Source: a virus (taxonomy: Duplodnaviria; Caudoviricetes). Taken from it: 64,000 nucleotides of DNA. The stretch's first letter is position 1, and the number at the start of each line of letters is the position of its first letter. The DNA lies in the IMG/VR virus record IMGVR_UViG_3300029288_000071, positions 143,031 through 207,030 of that record; one strand, given 5' to 3'. The position numbers and the translations under genes are program-made. The notes beneath the pieces were generated by a model. The model made no database searches and had not been told where the DNA came from. It saw only the letters and a program-made list of their open reading frames with translations. Below, in pieces: positions 1-9,777 of the stretch.

Positions 1-66
1 AGCACTCATCCAAAATTCATCAAAAATAGCTTTACAATCTTGACATTGGTATTCGTAAATTGGCAT
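1..66 (-). CDS. FmdB-family zinc-ribbon protein (partial, runs off the window start)
   Basis: Not in the ORF track. Manual translation gives MPIYEYQCQDCKAIFDEFWMSA, the MPxYEYxCxxC signature, with a GGAG RBS upstream. Confidence 0.8.
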   Translation of the reverse strand, partial: MPIYEYQCQDCKAIFDEFWMSA

Positions 67-75
67 AATTTTCTC

Positions 76-741
76 CTATAATTCGTCAAAAATAATTGGT
101 ACTTCTTTTCTCATAATTGATAGTGCTTGATTTGCTAAATCTCTCTTTTGTGGATGTGCTGCAGCAGACGTTCTTAATTTAAAGAAATGTCTCCATTCAC
201 GAAAATTAGCAGTCATTACTAATTCTGTTTTTAAAGAATTAGGAAGAAGATCTCTTGCTTCTTGTGGTTTTTCACCATACTCAATTGCTCTTAAATAATG
301 TTCTTGACATCGTTCAATGCCTGTGAACCAGTTTCCAAACTTGAATCTGTCTTCTTCAGTTATTCCTATCCAATCATTTGTTTCAGTAGCTAAATAGATT
401 TTATAAAATCTTACTGGAAGAATTACTGTAATTTCATTACCATACTTATCTTTACTATAGTTGCAATATCTAGTGCTTTCTTGACTATAAGCAGCAAGTC
501 GATGTCTAACTATTTCATGTGTTACTCCTCTATCAGTAATAAATCGAAATGTAGCAACTGCATGTTCAAGAACTGATTCATGTTTTTTATCTGGATTTAA
601 TAACATTTTTATAAAGTCTTTTGATGACTCTGGTGTTATTAAATTCTCTGATTTGTAACAAACTCTTCCACATTTTTCAATAAACTGAAGAGCATTAGGT
701 GTTATGAATTCTAATGTAGCTGATTGTTTGATTATTCTCAT
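76..741 (-). CDS. thyX: FAD-dependent thymidylate synthase
   Basis: HESVLEH, RHRxxxxSQESTRY ThyX motif, ARDLLP, NFREWRHF. Confidence 0.95.
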   Translation of the reverse strand: MRIIKQSATLEFITPNALQFIEKCGRVCYKSENLITPESSKDFIKMLLNPDKKHESVLEHAVATFRFITDRGVTHEIVRHRLAAYSQESTRYCNYSKDKYGNEITVILPVRFYKIYLATETNDWIGITEEDRFKFGNWFTGIERCQEHYLRAIEYGEKPQEARDLLPNSLKTELVMTANFREWRHFFKLRTSAAAHPQKRDLANQALSIMRKEVPIIFDEL

Positions 742-968
742 TTTCTTCTTTCGGGATTCAATACAATGTTATTAATTCCAGCTATTGAACTACGTTTTTT
801 ATATTCTTCTTCAATATATTTTGTTGCTATGATTCTTACAGAATTTCTATATTGCTCATAGATTCGTCCAGCAATTTCATGTCTTTTTTGTTCATCTATA
901 TTATAGTCTCTGAGAACTACTTCTACAATTTGTTTTAAATCTATTACATCTGCTAAAGTTTTATTCAT
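738..968 (-). CDS. hypothetical protein
   Basis: 76 aa ORF coupled to both neighbours by ATGA overlaps. Confidence 0.6.
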   Translation of the reverse strand: MNKTLADVIDLKQIVEVVLRDYNIDEQKRHEIAGRIYEQYRNSVRIIATKYIEEEYKKRSSIAGINNIVLNPERRK

Positions 969-2371
969 TTTTGTTCTTCTTTACTTCCATTTTCTTTGGA
1001 TTTTTTAAATTCTTCATACTTTTTCTTATTATGATTGTTAGTATCAATGCTTACACTATTCAGACTAGATATTGCTGCATTTAATTCATCCATATTCTCA
1101 AAAGGTTTTTGAGTTTCAATTTTATAGTTTTTAAGATTCATTATAATAGGAATAACTATACCATCTTTTCCTGCTCTATTTTTTGCAATAAATAATCTAC
1201 CTGTATTTTTCATTCTATCTTCCATTTTTCTTGAAAGAGTAATGATTACATCTGATACTGCAGCTTTTGCAAATGATTCAGAAATAGATTCAAGACTAAT
1301 AATATCATTATTTGCTCCAGAACGATTTACTTGACTTGCAGTCCAAATAGGTATTTTTAATTCTCCTGCTAAACCTCTTAAATCTTCATAAATTCCTTCA
1401 AGTTCAAATCTTTTTTGATCATACTTCTGTGCGGGTTTTAACAAATCAGCATAGTCAATAATTAATTCATCAGGGACAAAACCAATTTGATGCATTTTGT
1501 TTATGTGTAGTTTAAGATGATTAATTGTAGCTTTTTTTGTTGGATAAAATTTTATCATCAAATTATCTTTAATATTCAATTTTTTCAATTTCATTTTTAC
1601 AACATCACTCATATTTGGAATATCTTCTTGAGCTATGCCTGTGAACATTGTATCATATCTTAATCCAACTTGATGTTCATAAAGTTCTAAAGTATAATGA
1701 ATTACTTTAAGTTTTTGTTGAACAGCATTTTTTGCTATAGTGCAGAGAATCCAAGACTTACCAAAACCAGGGCCTGAAATAACTACTCCTAATTCTCCTT
1801 TTGATAACCCTCCATTCAAAAGCTCATCTAAATGAACTAATCCTGTTGGTATTGGCATTCTTTTCATTAAATTTATCCTATTTTCTAAAGCAAAATCTTC
1901 CCAATAATTATGACCGATGTTTGATTCTTCACCAGCCTTTAAAGCTTCACCAACTATTTTGTAGATGTCATCATATTTACCTTTTTCCCAACAGTCAATA
2001 GAAGTATAAAGAGCAGTTTTCATTTTTTGATTTCTGCAAAATTTGATAGCTTCATCTTTTATAAACTTTGTATCATTTACTGCAGATTTTTTTATAGTTT
2101 TAATGATTTCATGAATTTGCATTTTCATGATTTCATCGCACTCAAACTGAGACAAAGATACTTCTAAGTTATCTAATGTTGGAGGTGTCTTGTATTTTTC
2201 AAAATATTCTTGAATCTTCTTATAAATTGTCTCATGTGGTTTTGAATCAAAAAAGCTTAACTCAAGAATATCAAAAATACGTTCAAAAAATTTTGTATCA
2301 ATAAGTAATGATTGAATTACTTTAGTTTGAAAGTGGCTACCAAAGAGAGAAAAATCTTGTTTTTGACTCAT
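965..2371 (-). CDS. DnaB-like replicative helicase (T4 gp41-like)
   Basis: Walker A GPGFGKS, HYTLE, LIIDYADL, IWTASQVNR, KNRAG. Start moved to MSQK, which overlaps the upstream stop (TAATG). Confidence 0.92.
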   Translation of the reverse strand: MSQKQDFSLFGSHFQTKVIQSLLIDTKFFERIFDILELSFFDSKPHETIYKKIQEYFEKYKTPPTLDNLEVSLSQFECDEIMKMQIHEIIKTIKKSAVNDTKFIKDEAIKFCRNQKMKTALYTSIDCWEKGKYDDIYKIVGEALKAGEESNIGHNYWEDFALENRINLMKRMPIPTGLVHLDELLNGGLSKGELGVVISGPGFGKSWILCTIAKNAVQQKLKVIHYTLELYEHQVGLRYDTMFTGIAQEDIPNMSDVVKMKLKKLNIKDNLMIKFYPTKKATINHLKLHINKMHQIGFVPDELIIDYADLLKPAQKYDQKRFELEGIYEDLRGLAGELKIPIWTASQVNRSGANNDIISLESISESFAKAAVSDVIITLSRKMEDRMKNTGRLFIAKNRAGKDGIVIPIIMNLKNYKIETQKPFENMDELNAAISSLNSVSIDTNNHNKKKYEEFKKSKENGSKEEQK

Positions 2372-3060
2372 TATCTTTTCTCCCATAAAATAATAAAATC
2401 GCATGATAAATGATTACAGATTTCTGTTTCTCTATCTAAATCTTTAAAAACCTGCTTGTCATGTCTTTTTTCATACACTTCATAAACAGTATTTGTTTCT
2501 AGACAGTAACCATCAACAACATAACCTAATTTTTTTATGTGATATTGTCTCTGAATTTTACAATTATCTCTATGCTCTTGTAAATCTAATAGTTGTTTTT
2601 CAATTTTTCCTATATTAAAATATGGTTTTGAATTACCATTTATGATTCTATTTAGCATTGAAACTCTCATTTTTCTTTTAGTTTCAGAAGAATGATGCTT
2701 CCCAAGCATAGCTTTATTGATACACTTATCTCTATTTTCTTTGATTTTAAACCTTTCTTTAATTTTTAATCGAGTTTCTTGTGTTACTGGAAATTCCTTA
2801 TATCGCTTCTTTTGAGCCAAACTACCAATCTCTCTTTGATTTTGTGTCCAAATGCTTCCTAAGTTTCTTGGTTTTAATTTATTGCTTTCAGCAATTCTTT
2901 TTCTGCCTTCTATGGTTTTTGATTTACCTCCTATACTTCCTGAACATTTTTTACATTTTGTATTCAAGTCTATTGCTCTTTGTAATAAATGCTTAGTTTT
3001 GTATGTCTGTAAATTGCCACATTGAGAACAGTTTTTACTAAAATTTTCAGGTAAAATCAT
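2371..3060 (-). mobile_element. free-standing homing-endonuclease-like protein (CxxC zinc ribbon + NUMOD3 + PD-(D/E)XK/Vsr-like nuclease)
   Basis: CSQC...CKKC; NUMOD3-like MLGKHHSSETKRKM; C-terminal RQY...YVVDGY...TVYEVYEKRH. Confidence 0.75.
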
Positions 3061-3340
3061 TGATTTGTTTTCTAGCTCTGTGTTTTGTAATTAATGCTCG
3101 GATAAAAAGAATAATAGGAAATGATATTAAACAAGTCAAAAATAAAAATATAATTATAAGTCCATGAAAAAAATCTTTAATAGACTTTTTAAATTCTTCT
3201 AAAAATTGTTTCAAAAAACTATTACAATCAAATATCATGTTTTCCCAAATAGACATTTCATTTTCATTTTTTGTGCAATTTCTAATCTTGTCATTATCAA
3301 TAATAAGATTAGTTCTATCTATTCTAAATGGATTTTTCAT
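3047..3340 (-). CDS. hypothetical membrane protein
   Basis: 97 aa with one C-terminal hydrophobic segment. Confidence 0.55.
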   Translation of the reverse strand: MKNPFRIDRTNLIIDNDKIRNCTKNENEMSIWENMIFDCNSFLKQFLEEFKKSIKDFFHGLIIIFLFLTCLISFPIILFIRALITKHRARKQINDFT

Positions 3341-4367
3341 ATGAATTTAATGGAGCAAAAATTTGATTCCAACTATCAAAATTTTGTATTTGTTTAAAAG
3401 CTGAATCTTGCATAAATAACAATCTCAACTGAAAAGGTTTAAAAACAGGATTTTGATTTAGTGCACTTTTAACTTTTTCTAATCCCTCTACACTAAAAGT
3501 ATGTTCAAGTAATTGCATCACCTGCCAATTCTTTTTCAACTTTTCTTGTTCATCTAAAATTACTTTGTAAAATTTACTACCCTTAATATTTGCTTGACAA
3601 TGCTCAAATACTCTATCAAGATTTGTAGGAGTTGAATCTATTAAAAATGGGAATAGTTTATTTATAGTTTTTAAACCAATTCCTTTAATTCCTGGAACAT
3701 TATCAGAAGAATCTCCTTGAAGAGTTTTAATCATTATCCAATTTTTTGGATAACACTTATATTCTTTAATCATGTGTTCAACGTCGATTATTTCTTTTTT
3801 AATAGGGCGATAAACTGATACTTTATCTGTAACTAATTGGAAGTAATCTTTATCAGAACTAACTATAATTTTGTGTTGATCAAGCCATAAATACTGACTT
3901 ATATAACCTATCACATCATCTGCTTCCATTAATTCTACTTCAATTTGATAAACAGGTAAAGTTTCAAGATATTCTTTTACTCGATAAAGCTGTTTTTTAA
4001 AACTTTCCCATTCTGCTTCAGGAGTTTCCCATTGAAAAGTTCTATTCAAAGATCTTTTTATATCTCTTCCTTGTTTATATTCAGCAAGTATTTCTTTTCT
4101 TTTTCTTGATGAGTGTTTTCCTTCCCAACAAAAAACAACTTTAGTAGGATGAAATAGTTCTACAATAGACTTTACAGATTGCATCATACCCCACATCCCA
4201 CCAACATGGTTTCCTGATCCATTTGCTAAATTAAGTACTGCAAACGAACGAATAAACATGTTCATTGAGTCAATTAAAAGAATTCTTTGAGAACCTTTTT
4301 CTTCAATTTCAACTTCTAAAAGTTTATCTTTTTGAATTGCAGCTATTTGGTTTTCTACAGTTTCCAT
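3324..4367 (-). CDS. 5'-3' exonuclease / flap endonuclease (T4 RNase H-like)
   Basis: LLIDSMN, YKQGR, EADDVIG, SSDKDYFQL, GDSSDNVPGIKGIG H3TH motif. Confidence 0.93.
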   Translation of the reverse strand: METVENQIAAIQKDKLLEVEIEEKGSQRILLIDSMNMFIRSFAVLNLANGSGNHVGGMWGMMQSVKSIVELFHPTKVVFCWEGKHSSRKRKEILAEYKQGRDIKRSLNRTFQWETPEAEWESFKKQLYRVKEYLETLPVYQIEVELMEADDVIGYISQYLWLDQHKIIVSSDKDYFQLVTDKVSVYRPIKKEIIDVEHMIKEYKCYPKNWIMIKTLQGDSSDNVPGIKGIGLKTINKLFPFLIDSTPTNLDRVFEHCQANIKGSKFYKVILDEQEKLKKNWQVMQLLEHTFSVEGLEKVKSALNQNPVFKPFQLRLLFMQDSAFKQIQNFDSWNQIFAPLNSYEKSI

Positions 4368-4600
4368 TAAGTTGTGCTTTCAGTAATAATTTTCTTAATT
4401 ATACGGCCTTGTTTGTCATATTCATACTCTTCAACAACTTTTTTAGGAGTTATTAGAGGCTGAATTGGTTGAATTGGATTGATTGGAGGCCATGTTATAG
4501 TTATATTGTTAGGTTTTTGATTTCCAAAATATTTGATATATTCTGAACAGCTTTTACAAGCTTCAGTTCCTGCTAATGAACAACAACATACTAAAGGCAT
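4367..4600 (-). CDS. hypothetical Cys-rich protein
   Basis: 77 aa, CCC..CKSC, TAATG coupling. Confidence 0.55.
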   Translation of the reverse strand: MPLVCCCSLAGTEACKSCSEYIKYFGNQKPNNITITWPPINPIQPIQPLITPKKVVEEYEYDKQGRIIKKIITESTT

Positions 4601-4601
4601 T

Positions 4602-5276
4602 TTATTTTTCCTCTTTAAAATAATCTACTATTCCTTTCACAAAAGTTAAAGAGATCACTGGGAGTATTCCGCTAACCATAAACATTACAAATCGTAATGA
4701 CCAAGGTGAAGTACTTAATGCTAGTAAATCTAAAATTGACTTAAGTGATTCTGGTGTTGTATTTACATATGCATGATACATATTTCCAATAACTTGTAAG
4801 GCACTCAATACAAAGAATATAGACCATATTGTAAATTTGTTTAATTTATTAAGTGTAACTAAAGCAACAAGTGAAGACATAGAAGCTAATTCAATAGATA
4901 CTGAAATAGCTATCGCCATTGCATAACTATTAGAAGTAGCAAATAAAGTAATTAAATGCATCATAGAAATTAATGAAATAGCTAGAGGGGGTATTATAAA
5001 TGCAAAGAAAATAATTTTTTCTCGTTTTGTTTTGAAAAATGAACTATTTTCTTCTTTTTTTATTTCATTTTTTTGTTCATATTGTAGTTTTTCATCAGGA
5101 TATGCTAAAGTTGCTGATTGATTTTTATCTTCTGGAACATTTAAAACTCCTAATACGTCACTTTCTTTTGCTTTTATTGATTCTGGTTGTGTTGGCATAA
5201 TATTTTTAATGTTTTCTTCTAAGAATTCAACGTTGTTGCTTCCTCTTTCTTGGTTTAATCCTATTTTGCTTATCAT
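4602..5276 (-). CDS. hypothetical multi-pass membrane protein
   Basis: About 4 hydrophobic helices in the C-terminal two thirds. Confidence 0.65.
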   Translation of the reverse strand: MISKIGLNQERGSNNVEFLEENIKNIMPTQPESIKAKESDVLGVLNVPEDKNQSATLAYPDEKLQYEQKNEIKKEENSSFFKTKREKIIFFAFIIPPLAISLISMMHLITLFATSNSYAMAIAISVSIELASMSSLVALVTLNKLNKFTIWSIFFVLSALQVIGNMYHAYVNTTPESLKSILDLLALSTSPWSLRFVMFMVSGILPVISLTFVKGIVDYFKEEK

Positions 5277-5631
5277 TTGTTTTTCTTAGATAGTGGGGTA
5301 AATCATCGTCTTCTAATTTGTTAATTTCTTGAAAATGCATCAATGCCATAATGTTAAACATTACTCCTGCAAGATGATCTTCATCTTCATAACCTGCTAA
5401 AAACTTATTTAAATGTCTACTAGCAGAATCAACAAATCTATGAAATGGGATCCCGCCTTTTTCCCAATTCCTATCATAATATTTTATAGCTCCTTTTTCC
5501 ATCCACTTTGCTATTCGGTCAATAGCAAATGGAGAAACTAAATCATATCTACCTTTTCCAATAGCGGGTTCTCTAAGAGCTTTACCTTTTCCGAAAACAA
5601 TTCTTTTTCCTGTATCTGTCATTCCATCCAT
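5227..5631 (-). CDS. dATP/dGTP diphosphohydrolase-domain protein (DUF5664-like)
   Basis: GKGRYDL...GAIKY..RNWEKG...DSASRH...EDHLA..FN pattern. Confidence 0.8.
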   Translation of the reverse strand: MDGMTDTGKRIVFGKGKALREPAIGKGRYDLVSPFAIDRIAKWMEKGAIKYYDRNWEKGGIPFHRFVDSASRHLNKFLAGYEDEDHLAGVMFNIMALMHFQEINKLEDDDLPHYLRKTNDKQNRIKPRKRKQQR

Positions 5632-6839
5632 TAAGAAACATCTCCTTCTACTACTTCTTCAGGTATTTCTAATTCATCAAAAGAAGGTGTACAATTACTA
5701 TAGTCAATTGAATTTGCATCAATAATCATTTTTCTTACATATTCACGAATTTCAGGAGGAGTAATAATCTTTCTCCATTCATCTTTTTTGAATTCAACTT
5801 GAATGATATTTGGTTCATCTCCTTCTTTTGTATTTACATAATCTGGAAGATTTATAAGATATTTTTGTTTTGTCGGTCTTTCAATTTTTCCTTTAAGAAC
5901 TAAATTGTCTAACCAACTAGATTCATCATCAATTCCTTTGTCAAAATAAATATCAAAAGTACACTTTCTTTGTGGTGGAGCAATTTTATTTTTCTTTGTT
6001 TGAGCTTGAACCGTTACTCCAATAACTATGTCATCTTTTTTAATATCTGTTATTTTTGTTAGACGAACTCTAACTGAAGAATGAAAAGGAACTGCATTAC
6101 CACCAGGAGCAGTCCATTTATCACCAAAACTAACACCAATATTTGATCTTAACTGATTTGTAAAAAGTAATAAAACATCTTCTCTTCCAATAAATTGCGT
6201 AACTTTTCTCATAGCTTTAGAAATAGCTAGAGCTTTTGCTGTACCATAACCTTCTTTATCAAAAGAGCCTTCTAATTCTTCAGTTGAAGGTGTTGCAGCT
6301 ATTGAATCCCAAACAATAGTAATAAAATCTTTACTTCCTAGTTCTCTAATCTTTTTAATTGTAGATTCAATAGTGTCAAATACTTTTTCAACTGTTCCTG
6401 CAGATACATAAACTAATTTATGAACTCCTGCTTTTTCTGCTTCTTTTCCAACTTTTAATCCCATTTTAACAAGTAAACTAATATCAGTTGAATTTTCTTC
6501 ATCAAAAAGAATAGGAATTCCTCCCATTTTTTGTGTATTAATTAAAACTTGATTTGCAACTAATGATTTTCCAGCAGAAGTATTACCAGTTAATTCAACT
6601 AATCTACGAACTGGCATTCCTCCACCTTGTTGCCATTTACCATTTGTAATTATTGTATCAAGAATTGTACTACCTGTAGAGATGAGAGTTGTTATATCAG
6701 TTGGTGTTCCTTGTTCACCTAATAGATAAGCTCTATCACCAATACTTTTTGACATATTTTTTATTAATGCATCAGATAAAGAAGATTTGTCACCCAAATT
6801 ACTCAACGCATCTTCTGCTGAAGTTACTCGTTTTGCCAT
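5631..6839 (-). CDS. uvsX: RecA/UvsX-like recombinase
   Basis: ISTGS, GNTSAGKS, IVWDSIAA, FTNQLR, GGNAVPFHSSVRV, KNKIAPP. Confidence 0.93.
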   Translation of the reverse strand: MAKRVTSAEDALSNLGDKSSLSDALIKNMSKSIGDRAYLLGEQGTPTDITTLISTGSTILDTIITNGKWQQGGGMPVRRLVELTGNTSAGKSLVANQVLINTQKMGGIPILFDEENSTDISLLVKMGLKVGKEAEKAGVHKLVYVSAGTVEKVFDTIESTIKKIRELGSKDFITIVWDSIAATPSTEELEGSFDKEGYGTAKALAISKAMRKVTQFIGREDVLLLFTNQLRSNIGVSFGDKWTAPGGNAVPFHSSVRVRLTKITDIKKDDIVIGVTVQAQTKKNKIAPPQRKCTFDIYFDKGIDDESSWLDNLVLKGKIERPTKQKYLINLPDYVNTKEGDEPNIIQVEFKKDEWRKIITPPEIREYVRKMIIDANSIDYSNCTPSFDELEIPEEVVEGDVS

Positions 6840-6859
6840 ATTATTTTCCTGAAAAAATT

Positions 6860-6924
6860 AAGCTAGGAAGAAACAAAATATGAATTATTGTCAAATTAAT
6901 TCACTTTTGAATCTTCACTAGCTT
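6860..6924. other. long interrupted inverted repeat between SSB and UvsX
   Basis: Nested arms aagctag/ctagctt, gaaga/tcttc, caaaa/ttttg, tgaatta/taattca. Confidence 0.6.
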
Positions 6925-6930
6925 CTAGAA

Positions 6931-7719
6931 TTATTTATTTATGTTTTGGTTTTTTATTGCATCAAACATTTCACTGAGCTCACTTAAATCTTCTGAAGTT
7001 CCTTCATCTTCTGAAGCTTCAGGATTTGTTATAGGAGCTTGAACTTGATCTCCTTCAGCAACAAATGCATCTAATGCATTCTTTATTTCTTCAGGTGTCA
7101 GTTTGTTAAATGCATCAAAAACATTAGGACAGTTTTTAATTAGATCAGTTGCAACTTTAGCATCAGAACTTAATGCTGAAGGATTTGCTGCAGGTCTAAC
7201 TTGAACTTGTCCATAAATAAATTGAGGTGTTGGGGCTGTTGCCATAACCTTTATATCTCTTCCTTTTATAGGATCACTTAAATCACCATATTCTGGATCA
7301 ATAAATAATTGAGCAATTGAAGTATAAGTATTTTTACCTATTCCCCAAAATTTCACACCTTCTGTTTCTTGACCTCTAACTAAAACAGGAATGTAAACTC
7401 TCAAGCGAGATTTGAGTCTTTTCCAAAGAGCAAAATTTTTGTCATTTTTCTCTTGGACTAAATATGCACCATATTCACATATAGCACATTTTTCAGCAGG
7501 ATTTATAGAACGAGGACAAATAATTGATTTCACAGGTCCTACATCATAGTGAAAATATAATTCATTAAAAGGATCAGGACCATGTTTATATGGAACAATT
7601 CTTAATTGAACTTCCTGACCTCGAGGTGGTCTAAAAATTAATGTTTGTTTTTTTGTTTGATTAGTCATTGCGTCAAGTTTTGCTTTGACTGAACTCATTA
7701 CCTTGTTGTCGATTGGCAT
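6931..7719 (-). CDS. single-stranded DNA-binding protein (T4 gp32-like)
   Basis: RIVPY..PF.ELYFHY, CP...CAIC zinc site, VKFWGIG, YGDLSDP..GRDI, acidic C-terminal tail, next to UvsX. Confidence 0.85.
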   Translation of the reverse strand: MPIDNKVMSSVKAKLDAMTNQTKKQTLIFRPPRGQEVQLRIVPYKHGPDPFNELYFHYDVGPVKSIICPRSINPAEKCAICEYGAYLVQEKNDKNFALWKRLKSRLRVYIPVLVRGQETEGVKFWGIGKNTYTSIAQLFIDPEYGDLSDPIKGRDIKVMATAPTPQFIYGQVQVRPAANPSALSSDAKVATDLIKNCPNVFDAFNKLTPEEIKNALDAFVAEGDQVQAPITNPEASEDEGTSEDLSELSEMFDAIKNQNINK

Positions 7720-7834
7720 TGAGATTTTCTCCGTAGAATGTAACGTATTTTTACTAAGGATATTGAGGTACTACGCTACTAGGGTTGATTTCTATTTAAT
7801 TACTAATTTGATGTAGAACCGATTGGTAGGTATA

Positions 7835-7862
7835 AATATAATTCAAATATTTTCTAAGTAAA
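7835..7862 (-). promoter_or_regulatory. sigma70-like promoter upstream of the SSB operon
   Basis: Minus strand TTTACT-16nt-TATATT, resembling three other copies in the window. Confidence 0.5.
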
Positions 7863-8705
7863 CAATTGTTTGTAAAATGCGTAATTATTTTTAAAAAAAT
7901 TATTTTCTTTTACTTTAGAAAACTTATCAAGCGCTCGTTTATTAAAAATAATTCCATGAATATCTAAACCACTTTTTGAAGTTCTTAAGTAAGTAATTAA
8001 GTTGTATTTTTGACTTAACTTTTTAAAAATTTCTATTTGCATTAAAATATAATGATACTTAGAAGTATCAATTAGTTCTTGATTAGGCGTTGCAAAAATA
8101 AAAACATCTGCTTTTGAAAGTTTTAAAATCATTTCTTCAGGATTGCTAACGTGCTCTAATGTATGAAAACAAGTGCATATTGATTTTTCTGGAAATTTCG
8201 TAAATTCATCAGGATGTTTATAAGTAATCCCAACTCCTGCCATTAAGTCTCTAAAATCTTTAACTTCAACTAAAATTTTTTCTTTACAGTCAGGTAAAAG
8301 TGCTAAAAATGGAGAAGATCCTCCACCAAAATCAATTACTGTATCATCTTTTTCTATTATTGAATTTATAAAATTAGCATATTCAACATCAAATCCGGGA
8401 TTTTCATAAGGAGGATTCAATCTAACAGCCCCATAACCTGGAGCATCTGTGATAATTGTTTTGTTGTCTTCTCTATCACACTTAAGTTTTATTCTTTCTT
8501 CATAATTTTCTTTTAGAAACTTAACTTTAGCTTTAAATGATTCAGGAGTATTAAATCCATCATAACCTGCTAAGTCAGTATATGATTCATAATTAGTATT
8601 TTCCCAATTGCATCTTTTTCTTAAGATTCGATAAAACTCATCATCTGAATTTCTTGCAAGTTTGATTTCATCTGAAAATATTTTTACTTCTTTAAATTCT
8701 TCCAT
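7854..8705 (-). CDS. class I SAM-dependent methyltransferase-like protein
   Basis: VIDFGGG motif I; FHTLEHVSNP; FATPN. Confidence 0.7.
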   Translation of the reverse strand: MEEFKEVKIFSDEIKLARNSDDEFYRILRKRCNWENTNYESYTDLAGYDGFNTPESFKAKVKFLKENYEERIKLKCDREDNKTIITDAPGYGAVRLNPPYENPGFDVEYANFINSIIEKDDTVIDFGGGSSPFLALLPDCKEKILVEVKDFRDLMAGVGITYKHPDEFTKFPEKSICTCFHTLEHVSNPEEMILKLSKADVFIFATPNQELIDTSKYHYILMQIEIFKKLSQKYNLITYLRTSKSGLDIHGIIFNKRALDKFSKVKENNFFKNNYAFYKQLFT

Positions 8706-9229
8706 TAATATCCGATTCTTTTCATTAAAACTTCGATAGGATCTATAATTTTTGGGATAAAGTTTGGTGGAGATACTTTTAAATTATTACTACCCATATT
8801 AAGTGGCATTATTCCTTCAGAAAATTCTGTTTCAGCATATCTAGCTATAATTCCCCTTCTAGGAATAAAACTAGGATCAATAATCGGTACAGTTGGCATT
8901 AATGTCAGAAAATAAAATATTTTATTTGTTGCTATTTTATTTAATTCATCAGTAACTACATCAAATAATTGATCAAGTATTTCTCTTTTAGAATAATCAA
9001 GTGAATCAACAAATGAACATCTTAATTTTCTACTTGCACAAATTAAAGGTTTTTGTATTAGTTCTAAATCTTCTAAAATAGTTATTACAAAAGTAGGACT
9101 AGGTGCTCGATCATATTTAAACCTAACTTTATCAGGATTATTGTGAAAATAAATAAAAAGATTGTCAGTAAATTCAATGTTATTTATTCCTGAAAAATTA
9201 ACTATTTTATTTGGTTGATAATCTATCAT
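8705..9229 (-). CDS. hypothetical protein
   Basis: 174 aa ORF coupled to neighbours. Confidence 0.6.
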   Translation of the reverse strand: MIDYQPNKIVNFSGINNIEFTDNLFIYFHNNPDKVRFKYDRAPSPTFVITILEDLELIQKPLICASRKLRCSFVDSLDYSKREILDQLFDVVTDELNKIATNKIFYFLTLMPTVPIIDPSFIPRRGIIARYAETEFSEGIMPLNMGSNNLKVSPPNFIPKIIDPIEVLMKRIGY

Positions 9230-9468
9230 TGAATATTTTGAGTATTAGCAGTTGAAGTACTAACAATGATTCCACTATTTAGATTTATCATATCCCTTGT
9301 TTCAACTATTTTATTACATTCTTCACATACTTTAACTTGTCTAAAAGTAGAATGTCCAGGTGCCCACCATTCATCCATCCAGTCAGAAATCTTTTCATGT
9401 TTACATTCTTCTTGTAAGTCTTCAATTTCTTTTTTATGCTTTGCTAATAGATCTTCAATCTTTGACAT
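9226..9468 (-). CDS. hypothetical zinc-ribbon-like protein
   Basis: CKH...CEEC. Confidence 0.55.
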   Translation of the reverse strand: MSKIEDLLAKHKKEIEDLQEECKHEKISDWMDEWWAPGHSTFRQVKVCEECNKIVETRDMINLNSGIIVSTSTANTQNIQ

Positions 9469-9769
9469 TTGGTTCTCCTCTCATGATTGCTAAAACTTCT
9501 ATTTCTCTCATGATTAAATGTTTCTTTTCATCAAGCATTATTTCTGTTCCCGTATACTTATTGAAAAGAACTTTATCACCAACTTTTACACTCAATGGAA
9601 GAATTACTTGAGGATTCCCAAGTAATTGACCTGGTCCTACAGCAACTACAGTTCCAGTATTTTTTGATTCTCTAGCACTAAGAGGAATAACTAATCCTGA
9701 TGGAGTTGTCTCATTTTCAGCATCAGGTAATACAATTATTTTATCATAGAGTGGTTCTAATGTTATCAT
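9455..9769 (-). CDS. groES: co-chaperonin GroES
   Basis: LEPLYDKIIV, TPSGLVIP mobile loop, GTVVAVGPG, VKVGDKVLF.KY.GTE. Start set at MITLEP with an AGGA RBS. Confidence 0.93.
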   Translation of the reverse strand: MITLEPLYDKIIVLPDAENETTPSGLVIPLSARESKNTGTVVAVGPGQLLGNPQVILPLSVKVGDKVLFNKYTGTEIMLDEKKHLIMREIEVLAIMRGEPNVKD

Positions 9770-9777
9770 ACTTTTCC

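Noticed and set aside
965-6839. Inteins or introns in the helicase or UvsX
   Set aside because: Protein lengths are normal and no intein splice motifs or interruptions are present
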